Source: a virus. From it: 64,000 nucleotides of DNA. The DNA lies in the IMG/VR virus record IMGVR_UViG_3300032229_000588, positions 13,457 through 77,456 of that record. One strand, given 5' to 3'. The notes below the pieces were generated by a model. The model made no database searches, was not told where the DNA came from, and saw only the letters and a list, made by a program, of their open reading frames with translations. Positions 9,891-19,922 of this stretch are shown piece by piece. The position numbers were made by a program, and so were the translations under genes. How positions within the stretch are numbered: the first letter of the stretch is position 1; each line of letters opens with the position of its first letter.

Positions 9891-10930
9891 ACTAATTTGT
9901 TTTCGTATTTCACAACTGCTTCTTGAGTATTGTCATTTTTTGTAACTTCGATTCGTAATACATCGTTTGTGGTAATTTCAATTCTTTGTAAATCACTACC
10001 ATAATAATCACCATTAATATAGACATCAAACGTATCAACATTATCAGTTGATATTAAACTCATATTCGCAGTAAAATCAATTATATCGGTTAAAATCGTG
10101 TTACCTGAAACAAATAAAAACGGCATTTCAAATTCATCAGGATTTTCAGGAAATTTGTTTCTTCTTTGTTTTCTTGTTGAAGTATCAAGTTCAATAAGTT
10201 GGGTAACCCTTTGAATTGCAGGTTTTACTTCAAACTCTTCTTCATCAATTAGGTAACCTAACATGGTAAAGTCATAACTTTGAACATAATACTTTCTTGA
10301 ATCCATATTCAATTGAGATTCATCAGAAACATTATTTAATATAATTGGGACATATTGACCTTTAATAAAGGTGTAAGCTTGTCTTGATGAAAAAGTTTGC
10401 ATTACAATTTTATTTAATTGGTTCAACTCTCTCATTCTGTTGCAAATAATTTTAACTTGATAGTTGATGTCAACAGGTACAGGTTGTGGAATTGTGTAAA
10501 TGTCCATTCCTTGTTCGTTTCCATTCCAAGTCGGAACAGAAGCATAATAAAATTGTTTTCTGTTTGGTATTGTATATTGAAGTGATGGGTTGCTACCATA
10601 CTTAACTTCAGGCGTTCTAACTACTGTAATAAATGGTGGGGATGCGTTATAATCTAAATCCACAAATTGCCATGTCTCCAAGTATTGAGTCCAATTTTGA
10701 GTTGTAATGATAATATCTAATAAAGGGACAACTTTACCTGCAGTTACAACTTCAAGGTCTGTTTTAACAAAATCAAGCATACCTCTATCCAAGTCGGCAT
10801 GTAAAACTGACTTAGGTAAATAAGTTCCATCCTCTTTAATATATTCTAAAAGTTGTTCTCTTCTTTCAGACAAAACTTTTTTTGGTACTAAAGGTAAGGT
10901 AGGTTTGACTATTGTTCTTGGTAGCGGCAT
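9887..10930 (-). CDS. Tail terminator / sheath stabiliser (gp15-like)
   Basis: IPQPVPVDINYQVKIICNRMRELNQL motif; between neck and sheath genes. Confidence 0.6.
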   Translation of the reverse strand: MPLPRTIVKPTLPLVPKKVLSERREQLLEYIKEDGTYLPKSVLHADLDRGMLDFVKTDLEVVTAGKVVPLLDIIITTQNWTQYLETWQFVDLDYNASPPFITVVRTPEVKYGSNPSLQYTIPNRKQFYYASVPTWNGNEQGMDIYTIPQPVPVDINYQVKIICNRMRELNQLNKIVMQTFSSRQAYTFIKGQYVPIILNNVSDESQLNMDSRKYYVQSYDFTMLGYLIDEEEFEVKPAIQRVTQLIELDTSTRKQRRNKFPENPDEFEMPFLFVSGNTILTDIIDFTANMSLISTDNVDTFDVYINGDYYGSDLQRIEITTNDVLRIEVTKNDNTQEAVVKYENKLV

Positions 10931-11343
10931 TATTCTTTTGTTACAAATATTTTATCTCTTAAGTTGGCAAGCACTACTTCTTTAGCCGAGTATATTGGTT
11001 CACTTGTTGATTTATATATAAATGAATCATATTCATTGGGATAGTAAGTTACCGTAATATTTGAATTTGGGTTTGGTATGTCATCACAAGGATATTCACA
11101 ATAATCCATTAATGTTCCAATTACAAATGCGTGAACATTTTTTTGTTTCTCTCTTTTAACCCTTTCATTTCCACCCTTTCTCACTCTAAATTCAACATCA
11201 TCTAATTTAACATAGTCGGCATGCATAATTACTTTACTCTTATATGTTATGGAGAATGTGTGTTTGTGTAAGTTGTAATATACCATTACTTTTTTACCCA
11301 AAAATAAATTATCGAATTGTGATTCTGTTATTATTACTTGCAT
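10930..11343 (-). CDS. Conserved phage hypothetical protein (YYNLHK...KNVHAFV)
   Basis: 137-aa ORF coupled to both neighbours; N-terminal IITESQ motif. Confidence 0.6.
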   Translation of the reverse strand: MQVIITESQFDNLFLGKKVMVYYNLHKHTFSITYKSKVIMHADYVKLDDVEFRVRKGGNERVKREKQKNVHAFVIGTLMDYCEYPCDDIPNPNSNITVTYYPNEYDSFIYKSTSEPIYSAKEVVLANLRDKIFVTKE

Positions 11344-11867
11344 TATATTCCTCTAAATTCGTTTTCACTTACCCATGTTGCGGTAATTGTTCTATAGAAC
11401 GGTTTGTACCCACCGTAAGTGTGTTTATTATCTGACTTAACATATCCATCATCACTGACAACATAATATCTAACTCGGTCTTCACTTTCGTAATATCCAA
11501 AATAATCGCCCATCCATATCTCAACCCCTAAATCATCAAGAGTTTTTTGATAAACCGAAAACTTCATACTTCCTGGTTCTTGAATCTCAACTCTTGAATT
11601 ACCATAGAACTTATTGGTTGGTGCCATAACTTGAACCAAACCTTTTATTTCTACAGGTGCCATGAATTGAACTCCGTCTTCAACTACTTCACCGTATACT
11701 GAATCCTTTTTGGTTTTGTAACGGTCAATACGATATAAAACCACTGTAAAGTTCATATCACCTTCTAACCACTCTTGTCCCATCCCAACATCAAGGTCAT
11801 AATCCTCACCTCCGAAGAACATACCCAATCTTGTAATTGGAACTAACTTTTCTGATGTCTTTTTCAT
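11343..11867 (-). CDS. Neck/head-closure protein (gp14-like)
   Basis: VLYRID...VYGE, GDYFGY, RYYVV motifs; adjacent to the gp15-like gene. Confidence 0.55.
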   Translation of the reverse strand: MKKTSEKLVPITRLGMFFGGEDYDLDVGMGQEWLEGDMNFTVVLYRIDRYKTKKDSVYGEVVEDGVQFMAPVEIKGLVQVMAPTNKFYGNSRVEIQEPGSMKFSVYQKTLDDLGVEIWMGDYFGYYESEDRVRYYVVSDDGYVKSDNKHTYGGYKPFYRTITATWVSENEFRGI

Positions 11868-11923
11868 ATATTGATAAATACCTAAACTTTTACTATATTT
11901 AAGATAAAATTTACGAATATTAA

Positions 11924-13678
11924 ATGAGTGATGTTAGTTTAGAGTCAAAAGCGATGACGATACTTGAATCTTATGAAGGATTCAATAACTATATCTTGGA
12001 ATTAAAACGCAAATCACAAATCAATAAAAAGTTTTATCCGACACGAAGTCAATCAGAATACATTATTAATTTCCACGACCAAAAACCAAAGGTTGCTAAG
12101 AAGTGGGTTATCCTTGACGCATACTTCGCTCAAAAATTAGCCGATGATAAATTGTATACTGAAATACCACAGAAAGTGTGGGTGGAGAAGTTATTGGCGG
12201 ATAAAGAAAAGGCATATCACATTTGGGGTAGGATTTTAGAAACTGAAGAATTACACGATTTTTGGTTACCGAAAGCGGCAATCATTAAGGATAATTCAGT
12301 CAAAGACGTGGTAATTGATTATTCAAAGTATTCACACCGACCACCACTTGAACACCAAAAAGAAGCAATCCAAAAATTAGTTGAGAACAAAAAGTTTATC
12401 CTTGCCGATGACATGGGTCTTGGTAAAACAACTTCAACAATTATTGCGGCATTAGAATCAGGTTCAAAAAAAGTATTAATTATTTGTCCTGCAACATTAA
12501 AGATTAACTGGAAACGTGAGATTGAAAACTATTCAGACAAATCAATTTATATCGCTGAAAGTAAAAACTTTAGTACCGAAGCAGATTTTGTAATTATAAA
12601 CTACGACATAATAAAAAATTTCCATGACACTAAAAAGAAAGATGACTCTCAAGTTCTTGCTGCCAATTTTGATTTGGTCATTGTCGATGAAGCACACTAT
12701 ATCAAAAATGCTACGGCTCAAAGAACGAAACTAATTAACGACATCGTTAAAAAAACTGAACGACTTTGGTTGTTGACGGGGACACCGATGACATCAAGAC
12801 CAATAGATTATTTCAACTTATTAAGTATTATTGATTCTCCTGTGGCAAAGAATTGGATGGCTTACGCAATCCGTTATTGTTCAGGGTACCAATTCAAAGT
12901 TGGAAATAGAAAAGTTTGGAACGTAACAGGAGCATCTAACTTGGAGGAATTAAGAGACCGAACTGTTGGTCTTACATTAAGAAGACTAAAAGAAAACGTA
13001 CTTGACTTACCTGACAAGATTATCACACCAGTATATTTAAGATTGAAGTCGAAAGAATATGAAAATGTAATGGGTGAGTATTACGATTGGTACGACAAGA
13101 ACCCTGAAGAATCAAAATCACTTACAGTTCAGTTCACTAAACTTACAAAAGTTCGACAAATCATAGCCGATGAAAAAATTAAGCAAACTATTGAACTCGC
13201 TGAAAACATTCTTGAACAAGACAAGAAAGTTATTATTTTCTGTAATTTCACTGATTCCTTAAATAAAATTACAGAACACTTTGGTAAGTCGGCAGTTAAA
13301 CTTGATGGTTCTATGTCAAAACCTGAAAGACAAAACTCAGTTGACCAATTCCAAGACAACCCCAAGGTTAAAGTATTTGTGGGTAACATCAAAGCGGCTG
13401 GTGTAGGTATTACACTAACCGCAGCTGAAGCTGTTATTATGAATGACTTATCATTCCTTCCATCTGACCACGCACAGGCTGAAGACCGAGCTTATCGTTA
13501 TGGACAAAAAAATAATGTTTTGGTTTATTACCCAATATTCGAAAACACAATTGAAGGTATCATCTACGATATCTTAAATAACAAAAAACAAGTTATTGCG
13601 ACGGTCATGGGAGACAACCAACACCCCGCAGATATGGCAGAAGAAATACTACAAAGAATCAACGAACTGCGACATTAA
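11924..13678 (+). CDS. SNF2-family (HARP/SMARCAL1-like) helicase/ATPase
   Basis: LADDMGLGKT, DEAH, LTGTP, GVGITLT, QAEDRAYRYGQ. Confidence 0.9.
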   Translation: MSDVSLESKAMTILESYEGFNNYILELKRKSQINKKFYPTRSQSEYIINFHDQKPKVAKKWVILDAYFAQKLADDKLYTEIPQKVWVEKLLADKEKAYHIWGRILETEELHDFWLPKAAIIKDNSVKDVVIDYSKYSHRPPLEHQKEAIQKLVENKKFILADDMGLGKTTSTIIAALESGSKKVLIICPATLKINWKREIENYSDKSIYIAESKNFSTEADFVIINYDIIKNFHDTKKKDDSQVLAANFDLVIVDEAHYIKNATAQRTKLINDIVKKTERLWLLTGTPMTSRPIDYFNLLSIIDSPVAKNWMAYAIRYCSGYQFKVGNRKVWNVTGASNLEELRDRTVGLTLRRLKENVLDLPDKIITPVYLRLKSKEYENVMGEYYDWYDKNPEESKSLTVQFTKLTKVRQIIADEKIKQTIELAENILEQDKKVIIFCNFTDSLNKITEHFGKSAVKLDGSMSKPERQNSVDQFQDNPKVKVFVGNIKAAGVGITLTAAEAVIMNDLSFLPSDHAQAEDRAYRYGQKNNVLVYYPIFENTIEGIIYDILNNKKQVIATVMGDNQHPADMAEEILQRINELRH

Positions 13679-13719
13679 CGAACTACGGATTATTTATATA
13701 CAACGGATAATCCAAAACT

Positions 13720-15249
13720 ATGAAAAAAACAGAAGCGAAAATCCAACAACTAGAGTTACAGATACTTGAAAATCACGTAACCAAAGAAAAAGAGTTGTTG
13801 ATTACAGAAATGAAGAAAATCGGAATAGAAAAACTACCTTATTCCTACTCAGCCCTCAAACAGTTTATTGACCCTGAAACCATGAGTTTTCACTACAATA
13901 AACACTACAAAGGGTATGTCGATAAACTAAACGACGCATTATCAAAGAAAAAATACGGGGATTTAGATTTAGAAAAAATCATCAAAACAATCAGTCGTTT
14001 TGATAAAACAATTCGAAACAACGCAGGTGGAGCATTTAATCACGCTTTGTTTTGGAACATGTTAACTCCCGAACCCAAAAAACTTACTGGTGAACTTTAC
14101 AAAAAGATTACAAAACAGTGGGGGACATTTACAAACTTTAAAAAAGAATTTGAAAAAGTTGCCAAAGAAAGATTTGGTTCAGGTTGGGTGTGGTTAGTTT
14201 TGACATCTCGAAACACCTTGAAAATTATGTCGACCCCAAACCAAGACAATCCATTAATGAATGTGATTGAAGGTGGGGGATTTCCGTTATTAGGTTTGGA
14301 CCTATGGGAACATGCATACTATTTGAAGTATAGAAACAAAAGAGATGAATATATTTTAAACTTTTGGAAAGTTGTGAATTGGGACTTTGTTACTAAAATG
14401 TATGAAATGAAAATTGAAACTAAATTATTAGAGTCGACAAAGATGAAACAAGTTATTAGTGAAGGTAAATCTGAAATGTGTTCCAAGTCTGAAACAGAAT
14501 TTTACAGAATGTTATTCAATGTAAACCAAGAAGTTAAATGGACTTACATGAATGGTATTAATAGAATCCTTAGAGATGCGTTTAGTGAAAACTTTATTGA
14601 AAAACCTGACAACAATCAATTATCGGGTGTCTACGATTTAGAAGGTACTGGTAGGTCGGTGATTAATAAATTGAATACGAATTACACAACGTTCTGTATT
14701 TTATTGAGAGATTTGAATCAAGTCATCTCAAAGATTCCAAACAAACAACCAATCAGTTTTACAGACAAAACTCCTGCAGAACAAAAGAAAGAAGTCGAAA
14801 GATTTATAAGTGCATTGAATTACTTTAAAGATAGAATCTTTGATAAAGACAGTTCAACCCTTCACAACATATTAAGAGTCTTAACTGAAAAAGATAAGGC
14901 GGGTAGTAAAAGAGAAGAAATCACCGCATCAATTCTTAAAAGATTTTTTGGTAAATCCGCCAAAGTTGAATTGGTTGGTGAGTTAGGAAATAAGAAAGAC
15001 GCAATACAAGGTGTAGATTTAGAAATAATTAAAGACGGTAAGTTATATACCGCTCAAGTTAAACCATTCAGAGAAATGAAAGAAACTGAAGATGGGATTT
15101 CTTTAGAGGGTACCGCAAGTGTTAAATTATATAAGACGGATTGGATGGTATTCCAACGAGGTAAGAACGTTTTAGTGTTCGACCAAAAACCAAAAATAGT
15201 TGATGGTAATTTTCTTTTCCCGTCTGACTCACTTTTATATAACATATAA
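13720..15249 (+). CDS. sod: Fe/Mn superoxide dismutase fused to a C-terminal PD-(D/E)xK-like domain
   Basis: LPYSYSAL, HYNKH, NNAGGAFNH, FGSGW, NQDNP, DLWEHAYY; about 270 extra residues containing DAIQGVDL...TAQVKP. Confidence 0.85.
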   Translation: MKKTEAKIQQLELQILENHVTKEKELLITEMKKIGIEKLPYSYSALKQFIDPETMSFHYNKHYKGYVDKLNDALSKKKYGDLDLEKIIKTISRFDKTIRNNAGGAFNHALFWNMLTPEPKKLTGELYKKITKQWGTFTNFKKEFEKVAKERFGSGWVWLVLTSRNTLKIMSTPNQDNPLMNVIEGGGFPLLGLDLWEHAYYLKYRNKRDEYILNFWKVVNWDFVTKMYEMKIETKLLESTKMKQVISEGKSEMCSKSETEFYRMLFNVNQEVKWTYMNGINRILRDAFSENFIEKPDNNQLSGVYDLEGTGRSVINKLNTNYTTFCILLRDLNQVISKIPNKQPISFTDKTPAEQKKEVERFISALNYFKDRIFDKDSSTLHNILRVLTEKDKAGSKREEITASILKRFFGKSAKVELVGELGNKKDAIQGVDLEIIKDGKLYTAQVKPFREMKETEDGISLEGTASVKLYKTDWMVFQRGKNVLVFDQKPKIVDGNFLFPSDSLLYNI

Positions 15250-15272
15250 TAAACTAAAAGATATTTATTAGC

Positions 15273-16394
15273 ATGTCAGTTATACCAGAACCAGAAAGGT
15301 CAAAAATTTATACAAGAGTAAAGCATCTCTTGGGAGCTCCATTACGTAGTGTTGAAGTCACTGACGAAATGATGGATTCTTTAATGGAATTATCTATTCA
15401 GGATTACGAACAGTATATCTTGAATTGGTTGATTGATAGTCAGTGGGTTAACTTGGTTAATCTTAACATGACTGAGAAATCTGTTGCTCAAGCGTTAATC
15501 ACAAGAACTATGGACTTTGAACAACAGTTCTCATATTCATATTCTAAAATTGTTGGTCTTCAGACACAAGGTCCTTGGGTCTTGAAAAAGGACTATATTG
15601 TTCTTGAAAGAGACAAACAAAACTATGAAATCCCTGCTGGTCGTGAAATCAATGAAGTGTTATGGTTTAGTAATCAACCATGGACCGCCTTTGGTATGGG
15701 TGGTATTGGTGGATTTGGTGGTGTAGGTCTTGGGGCTAAAGAAGCAGGATTTGCTCAAATGGGTTATCAAGGTTCTTACTTCATGATGTCAGGTTTTGAT
15801 TATCTAATCAGAATGCAAGAGGCAAACATCTTAAATAGAATTTTAGGTGGTTCTTTAACTTATAGAATCACAGCATTACCTGACGGTAAAAAAGATTTAC
15901 AACTATACAACGCACCTGGTAATAACTTTAACTGGAGTCAGTATAGTAATTATGTTGGTAAAGCGGTATGGTATTGGTATTATGATGTAACACCTGATAG
16001 TAGAGCAGATTGTTTAAAGAACAATCCTGACGTAATTAAAATGCCAAACGAAGTTCCTTTAGAAGAAATGACTTGGACTGATTTAAATGTTCCTGCACAA
16101 CAATGGGTAAGAAGATGGTTTACCGCTTATGTAAAAGAAACATTAGGTCGTGTTAGAGGAAAATATAGTGGTAATTTAAAAACTCCTGACTCGGAACTAC
16201 AGATGGATTATACAAGTCTATTGACGGAAGGTAAGGATGAAAAAACAAAATTAATTGAAGAACTTACAGGTGCTGAAGGATGGTTAACCAGATTAAGACC
16301 TGAAAAAGTTATGGAGAAAGAAGCATTACTTGCTGAAAACTTGAATAAACAAATGAAGTTTAGAGCAATGCCTCGTCAAATATACGTAATATAA
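15273..16394 (+). CDS. Neck protein (gp13-like head-tail adaptor)
   Basis: LGAPLRSVEV.DE at the N-terminus; WVRRWFTAYVKETLGRVRGKYSG...L..EG..EK..L.EEL at the C-terminus. Confidence 0.75.
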   Translation: MSVIPEPERSKIYTRVKHLLGAPLRSVEVTDEMMDSLMELSIQDYEQYILNWLIDSQWVNLVNLNMTEKSVAQALITRTMDFEQQFSYSYSKIVGLQTQGPWVLKKDYIVLERDKQNYEIPAGREINEVLWFSNQPWTAFGMGGIGGFGGVGLGAKEAGFAQMGYQGSYFMMSGFDYLIRMQEANILNRILGGSLTYRITALPDGKKDLQLYNAPGNNFNWSQYSNYVGKAVWYWYYDVTPDSRADCLKNNPDVIKMPNEVPLEEMTWTDLNVPAQQWVRRWFTAYVKETLGRVRGKYSGNLKTPDSELQMDYTSLLTEGKDEKTKLIEELTGAEGWLTRLRPEKVMEKEALLAENLNKQMKFRAMPRQIYVI

Positions 16395-16397
16395 TTT

Positions 16398-16733
16398 ATG
16401 GCAATTATTAGAACAATACCGTCCACAAGATTAATCAATGGTGAGATTCTTGAAACATCGGAAATTTCAATCGTATCTGAAAAAGAATACAGAACAAACG
16501 GTGAAGCGTGTGTTATTATTAGAAACGTACAAGAATCAACAGTAATATTGGATTCAAAAACAACAGACCACGTTGTAGTTAAATCCATGACATTACTAAC
16601 AATCAAACCAGATATCGGTAAAATTGATGAAGATTACGATGAAATCGTTGCGGACAAATATTCTTGTATTGAGTTTAGATTCTGTGCAGGAAATTGGTAT
16701 ATCCTATCATCAGACGGTCTCAAGAATTCCTAA
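16398..16733 (+). CDS. Hypothetical beta-rich protein, probably virion-associated
   Basis: 111-aa ORF directly after the neck gene; ends in ...GNWYILS. Confidence 0.5.
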   Translation: MAIIRTIPSTRLINGEILETSEISIVSEKEYRTNGEACVIIRNVQESTVILDSKTTDHVVVKSMTLLTIKPDIGKIDEDYDEIVADKYSCIEFRFCAGNWYILSSDGLKNS

Positions 16734-19439
16734 TTTTTCTTTCCAATCTGCTTCAGCAAAATCATACATGTAGTCTGGTTCAAGACCTCGTTTTTCCCAA
16801 TATTTCAATTCTTGTTCAGTAATATCAAGTACGTCTTCTTGTAGTCTATCTTGGTCACCTTCACCTAATGGATGTCCATTGATAAGTTCACATTGTGATT
16901 TAGTGAAGATACCTCTTTTTTCAGGGTCATTAACAATTAAGTTATTTCTTACCTCATCTTGGAATACAACCATTAATGGTTCCATTCTTTTGTTAAATGT
17001 GGTAATCGCTCTTGGTACATTGTAATCACCTGTTAAGTTTGGATTGTTTTCCAAGATGTCCTTACTCAACATATAACAGTTAATCTGAACACCATCACCT
17101 TTTTTCTGAACATCACCATGAGATGCCTTCAAACCATTATTTACATACATGATAACATCCCCAAGATTTACTGCAAGGTTTTCTTGTAGTGCAAGTTCCA
17201 TGTGAGCCATTCTACTCATACTATTACCCGCCTTAGTTTTTGTGGTTAATCGTTTCTTATAATCATCAAGAGTCAACTTAACCTTAGCTCGTTGTGCAAT
17301 CTTACTTAATGGAATTTGTTTGTCAAAAATCTTTTGTAGGTATTCGTAGTAGTATTCAACAAATGCCTGACCATCACCTTCTAACAACATCTTAATACCT
17401 TTGTCCAAGAACTCCTCGATATAGATTGGAAGTTTCTTTGACTTGATACTGTTACCTGTCAATTTGATTTTACCCTTGGCATCCATAACCGCATAGTTCT
17501 TACGAGCCAAGTTAATACATGAAGGCCAAACACCATCCGTATCGAGTGCCATCTCACCTCTCATGAAGATATCGTTATACTCGGCAACGTCAGCTTCGGG
17601 ACCATAATATTCTTTACCCTCTTTAACTTTCCAATTCAATCCACGACCAACATATACTCTGTCTTTAGCGTCGTCAGGAGTCGAGAAGTTCACACCGTCC
17701 GTATCCATTACCAATGGAACATATCCTTTCGTCATAAAGAACTTAATCATTTGACGAAGGTATTGTCTACCTGTACAAGTAATTTGTTCTCCCATATACA
17801 TGTCACCCCAAGCAAATACCTGTGGTGCTGACAACGCACCGAACATCGAGTTGATGAAAATCTTAATCGGTAATTGTTTGTTACCGTATGACTCTGATTT
17901 CTTACGGTCAGTATCATAGTATTGTTCCGCAAGTTGTTTGTACTTGATACGAGTATCACGGAAATACTTTAACATTCCTTTCATCGCACCTGTAACATCA
18001 CACTTAGGGAATACATCATGTACCAACTGAATAGATGGATACAGAGACGAGAAGTCGAGCTTAAGTACGTTCTTACTATAACCAACCTTAAGTAGTCGTG
18101 AAAGACCTCCTACGAAGTCTGTCTTACCCTGTTTAGCGGGGATTGCAAGTCCGTGTTTGTAAGACCAAGCCAACATCAACATTTTCCATAATGTGGCGGT
18201 ACCCATGGTTGAAACCCTTTCATATGTTGTTGGAATCATCGCCGCCAACAAGAACGAACCTTGGTTGAACTCTTGGTCAACCTTTAGGGTTTCATCTAAG
18301 TCATCGTCAAGATACATCTCGACAATCTTATCACCTGTAACTTTTTTGTAGACGTTAGGGAATTTAATATCTAAGTTATCGTATTCAGGATTGTCAGCTT
18401 TTTTGTATTTACCGTTCTGAGTATTTAACCAAAACTCTTCTTTGTTAAGATATAACTTACCGATGTTATCGTGTTCTATATAAACACGACTCGGTGATTC
18501 AGCATTGATGTACTTGGTAATGTATTTCAAACCTGCCGCTTTGATACTTGAATTGATTGCCTGAGCTCTACGAACTGCGTGGATAATATCAATTACATTA
18601 TATCCCCAAATTGAAGTTTGAGTATATGTCTCTACCTCGTTGGCAAGTTTCAACATCCCGTCTTTTCTTGTAAATGAATGTTGGGGGTGTAGAGATTTAC
18701 AAATCTTTTTTGGGTCAAGTCCCAAGATTTTACAACGTTCAAATATCCAATGCCAGTCAAAGTTCGCCGAGTTATATCCACCAATGATACTTGGTTTTAA
18801 TTCGTCAATTACTCGGAAGAATTCGATAATCGCATTTCGTTCTTCAGATTCATCGAAACATTCAATAACTCTGTGGTATCCTTTATTTGTTTTAATTCCA
18901 ATCATGAATATACGACCGTCCTGTGGTTCAAGAGAGGTCGTCTCCAAGTCATATACGAGTCGGGTGACTTCATCGTAGTTCTCGAATCCCTTAAATAGTC
19001 GTTTTTCTTTTGAGATGAGGTATTGTTCTACAGGTGGGAGGATAATAATTTTATCCTTCGTTTTTTCTCCCCATGGGTCACATCCACCTTCTCTAAAGAA
19101 TTGGATAAGTTCACGATAACCTTTAAGAGATTTAACCATAAAGGTCATACCCTTTTCTAATCGCTCATCACCATGAGTTTCCAATTTGTCAATCATGATA
19201 CCATGTTTGGTCATGGCTTCCTTTTGAGCGGCTTTGGAACCACCGTAAAAGTTGATATTGCGTAAATCACCTACCCAAGCGAATGGGGTAAATGTATCCT
19301 TACGGATTTCTTTTCCTTTACCAGGAATTTCTTTTATTTTGTAAATGGAGTTGGATGCGTAGTCAAATTCGATTGCTACAATAAATTCTTCAGGGTCATT
19401 ACCATGTAAGAATGATTCAATTTCTTCGTTAGATATCAT
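16710..19439 (-). CDS. polB: Family B DNA polymerase with 3'-5' exonuclease
   Basis: ExoI YDLET, ExoII GYNSANFD, motif A LDFSSLYPS, motif B KIFINSMFG, motif C MDTDG. Confidence 0.93.
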   Translation of the reverse strand: MISNEEIESFLHGNDPEEFIVAIEFDYASNSIYKIKEIPGKGKEIRKDTFTPFAWVGDLRNINFYGGSKAAQKEAMTKHGIMIDKLETHGDERLEKGMTFMVKSLKGYRELIQFFREGGCDPWGEKTKDKIIILPPVEQYLISKEKRLFKGFENYDEVTRLVYDLETTSLEPQDGRIFMIGIKTNKGYHRVIECFDESEERNAIIEFFRVIDELKPSIIGGYNSANFDWHWIFERCKILGLDPKKICKSLHPQHSFTRKDGMLKLANEVETYTQTSIWGYNVIDIIHAVRRAQAINSSIKAAGLKYITKYINAESPSRVYIEHDNIGKLYLNKEEFWLNTQNGKYKKADNPEYDNLDIKFPNVYKKVTGDKIVEMYLDDDLDETLKVDQEFNQGSFLLAAMIPTTYERVSTMGTATLWKMLMLAWSYKHGLAIPAKQGKTDFVGGLSRLLKVGYSKNVLKLDFSSLYPSIQLVHDVFPKCDVTGAMKGMLKYFRDTRIKYKQLAEQYYDTDRKKSESYGNKQLPIKIFINSMFGALSAPQVFAWGDMYMGEQITCTGRQYLRQMIKFFMTKGYVPLVMDTDGVNFSTPDDAKDRVYVGRGLNWKVKEGKEYYGPEADVAEYNDIFMRGEMALDTDGVWPSCINLARKNYAVMDAKGKIKLTGNSIKSKKLPIYIEEFLDKGIKMLLEGDGQAFVEYYYEYLQKIFDKQIPLSKIAQRAKVKLTLDDYKKRLTTKTKAGNSMSRMAHMELALQENLAVNLGDVIMYVNNGLKASHGDVQKKGDGVQINCYMLSKDILENNPNLTGDYNVPRAITTFNKRMEPLMVVFQDEVRNNLIVNDPEKRGIFTKSQCELINGHPLGEGDQDRLQEDVLDITEQELKYWEKRGLEPDYMYDFAEADWKEKLGILETV

Positions 19440-19450
19440 AATATTAATTT

Positions 19451-19495
19451 CGTTGGTTTATTAGCTTTCACACCATCGTGAAATTTACCTTCGTA
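19451..19495 (-). promoter_or_regulatory. Structured leader of polB, candidate translational operator
   Basis: - strand GGT-AAA-TTTCAC-gatggt-GTGAAA-gctaataa-ACC, ending about 15 nt before the ATG. Confidence 0.4.
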
Positions 19496-19497
19496 AA

Positions 19498-19528
19498 TAA
19501 ATATAAATGAAATAACGAATTAATCAAA
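19498..19528 (-). promoter_or_regulatory. Bacteroidota-like promoter variant TTTG-N19-TATATTTA upstream of polB
   Basis: TTTG (19528-19525), 19-nt spacer, TATATTTA (19505-19498). Confidence 0.45.
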
Positions 19529-19906
19529 TTAACAACAAGCAGTTTCTGAAATAAAACTTGGTTGGACGTTAATATACAATTCCTCTCTAATTGGGAGAAT
19601 TAAATTACCCTCATCGTTCTTAATTAAGAATTGACCAACGTATCTACCAGGTTCGTCCGTATCTCTTGAACTAAACTTGAAATAGATGTAATATTCAGGT
19701 GCAGCACCTAATGGTAGGATAAGTGAAACGATTTCACAAGGTGCAGATACTATTTTAGGAATTTCGGTTTCAACATTAATCATTGTAAAGAAAATAGTAG
19801 AAACTTCCAAGTCCTGCATTAGTTCCAAGTAACCAGCTCTACCATCTTTTACTACTTGCATTTTTAATACAGGTAGCGTCGCATTTTGTTTAATAAAGAA
19901 TTCCAT
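19529..19906 (-). CDS. BppU-N-like Ig-fold virion protein
   Basis: FFIKQNATLPVL...F...DTDEPGRYVGQF.I......LP pattern; TATTTAT upstream. Confidence 0.5.
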   Translation of the reverse strand: MEFFIKQNATLPVLKMQVVKDGRAGYLELMQDLEVSTIFFTMINVETEIPKIVSAPCEIVSLILPLGAAPEYYIYFKFSSRDTDEPGRYVGQFLIKNDEGNLILPIREELYINVQPSFISETACC

Positions 19907-19922
19907 AACAATAAATATATTG

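Noticed and set aside
16710-19439. Intein or intron in PolB; motif B Tyr-to-Phe (NSMFG) as a sign of altered base specificity
   Set aside because: Motifs are normally spaced with no splicing signatures. The substitution is conservative and the motif A steric-gate SLYPS is intact.
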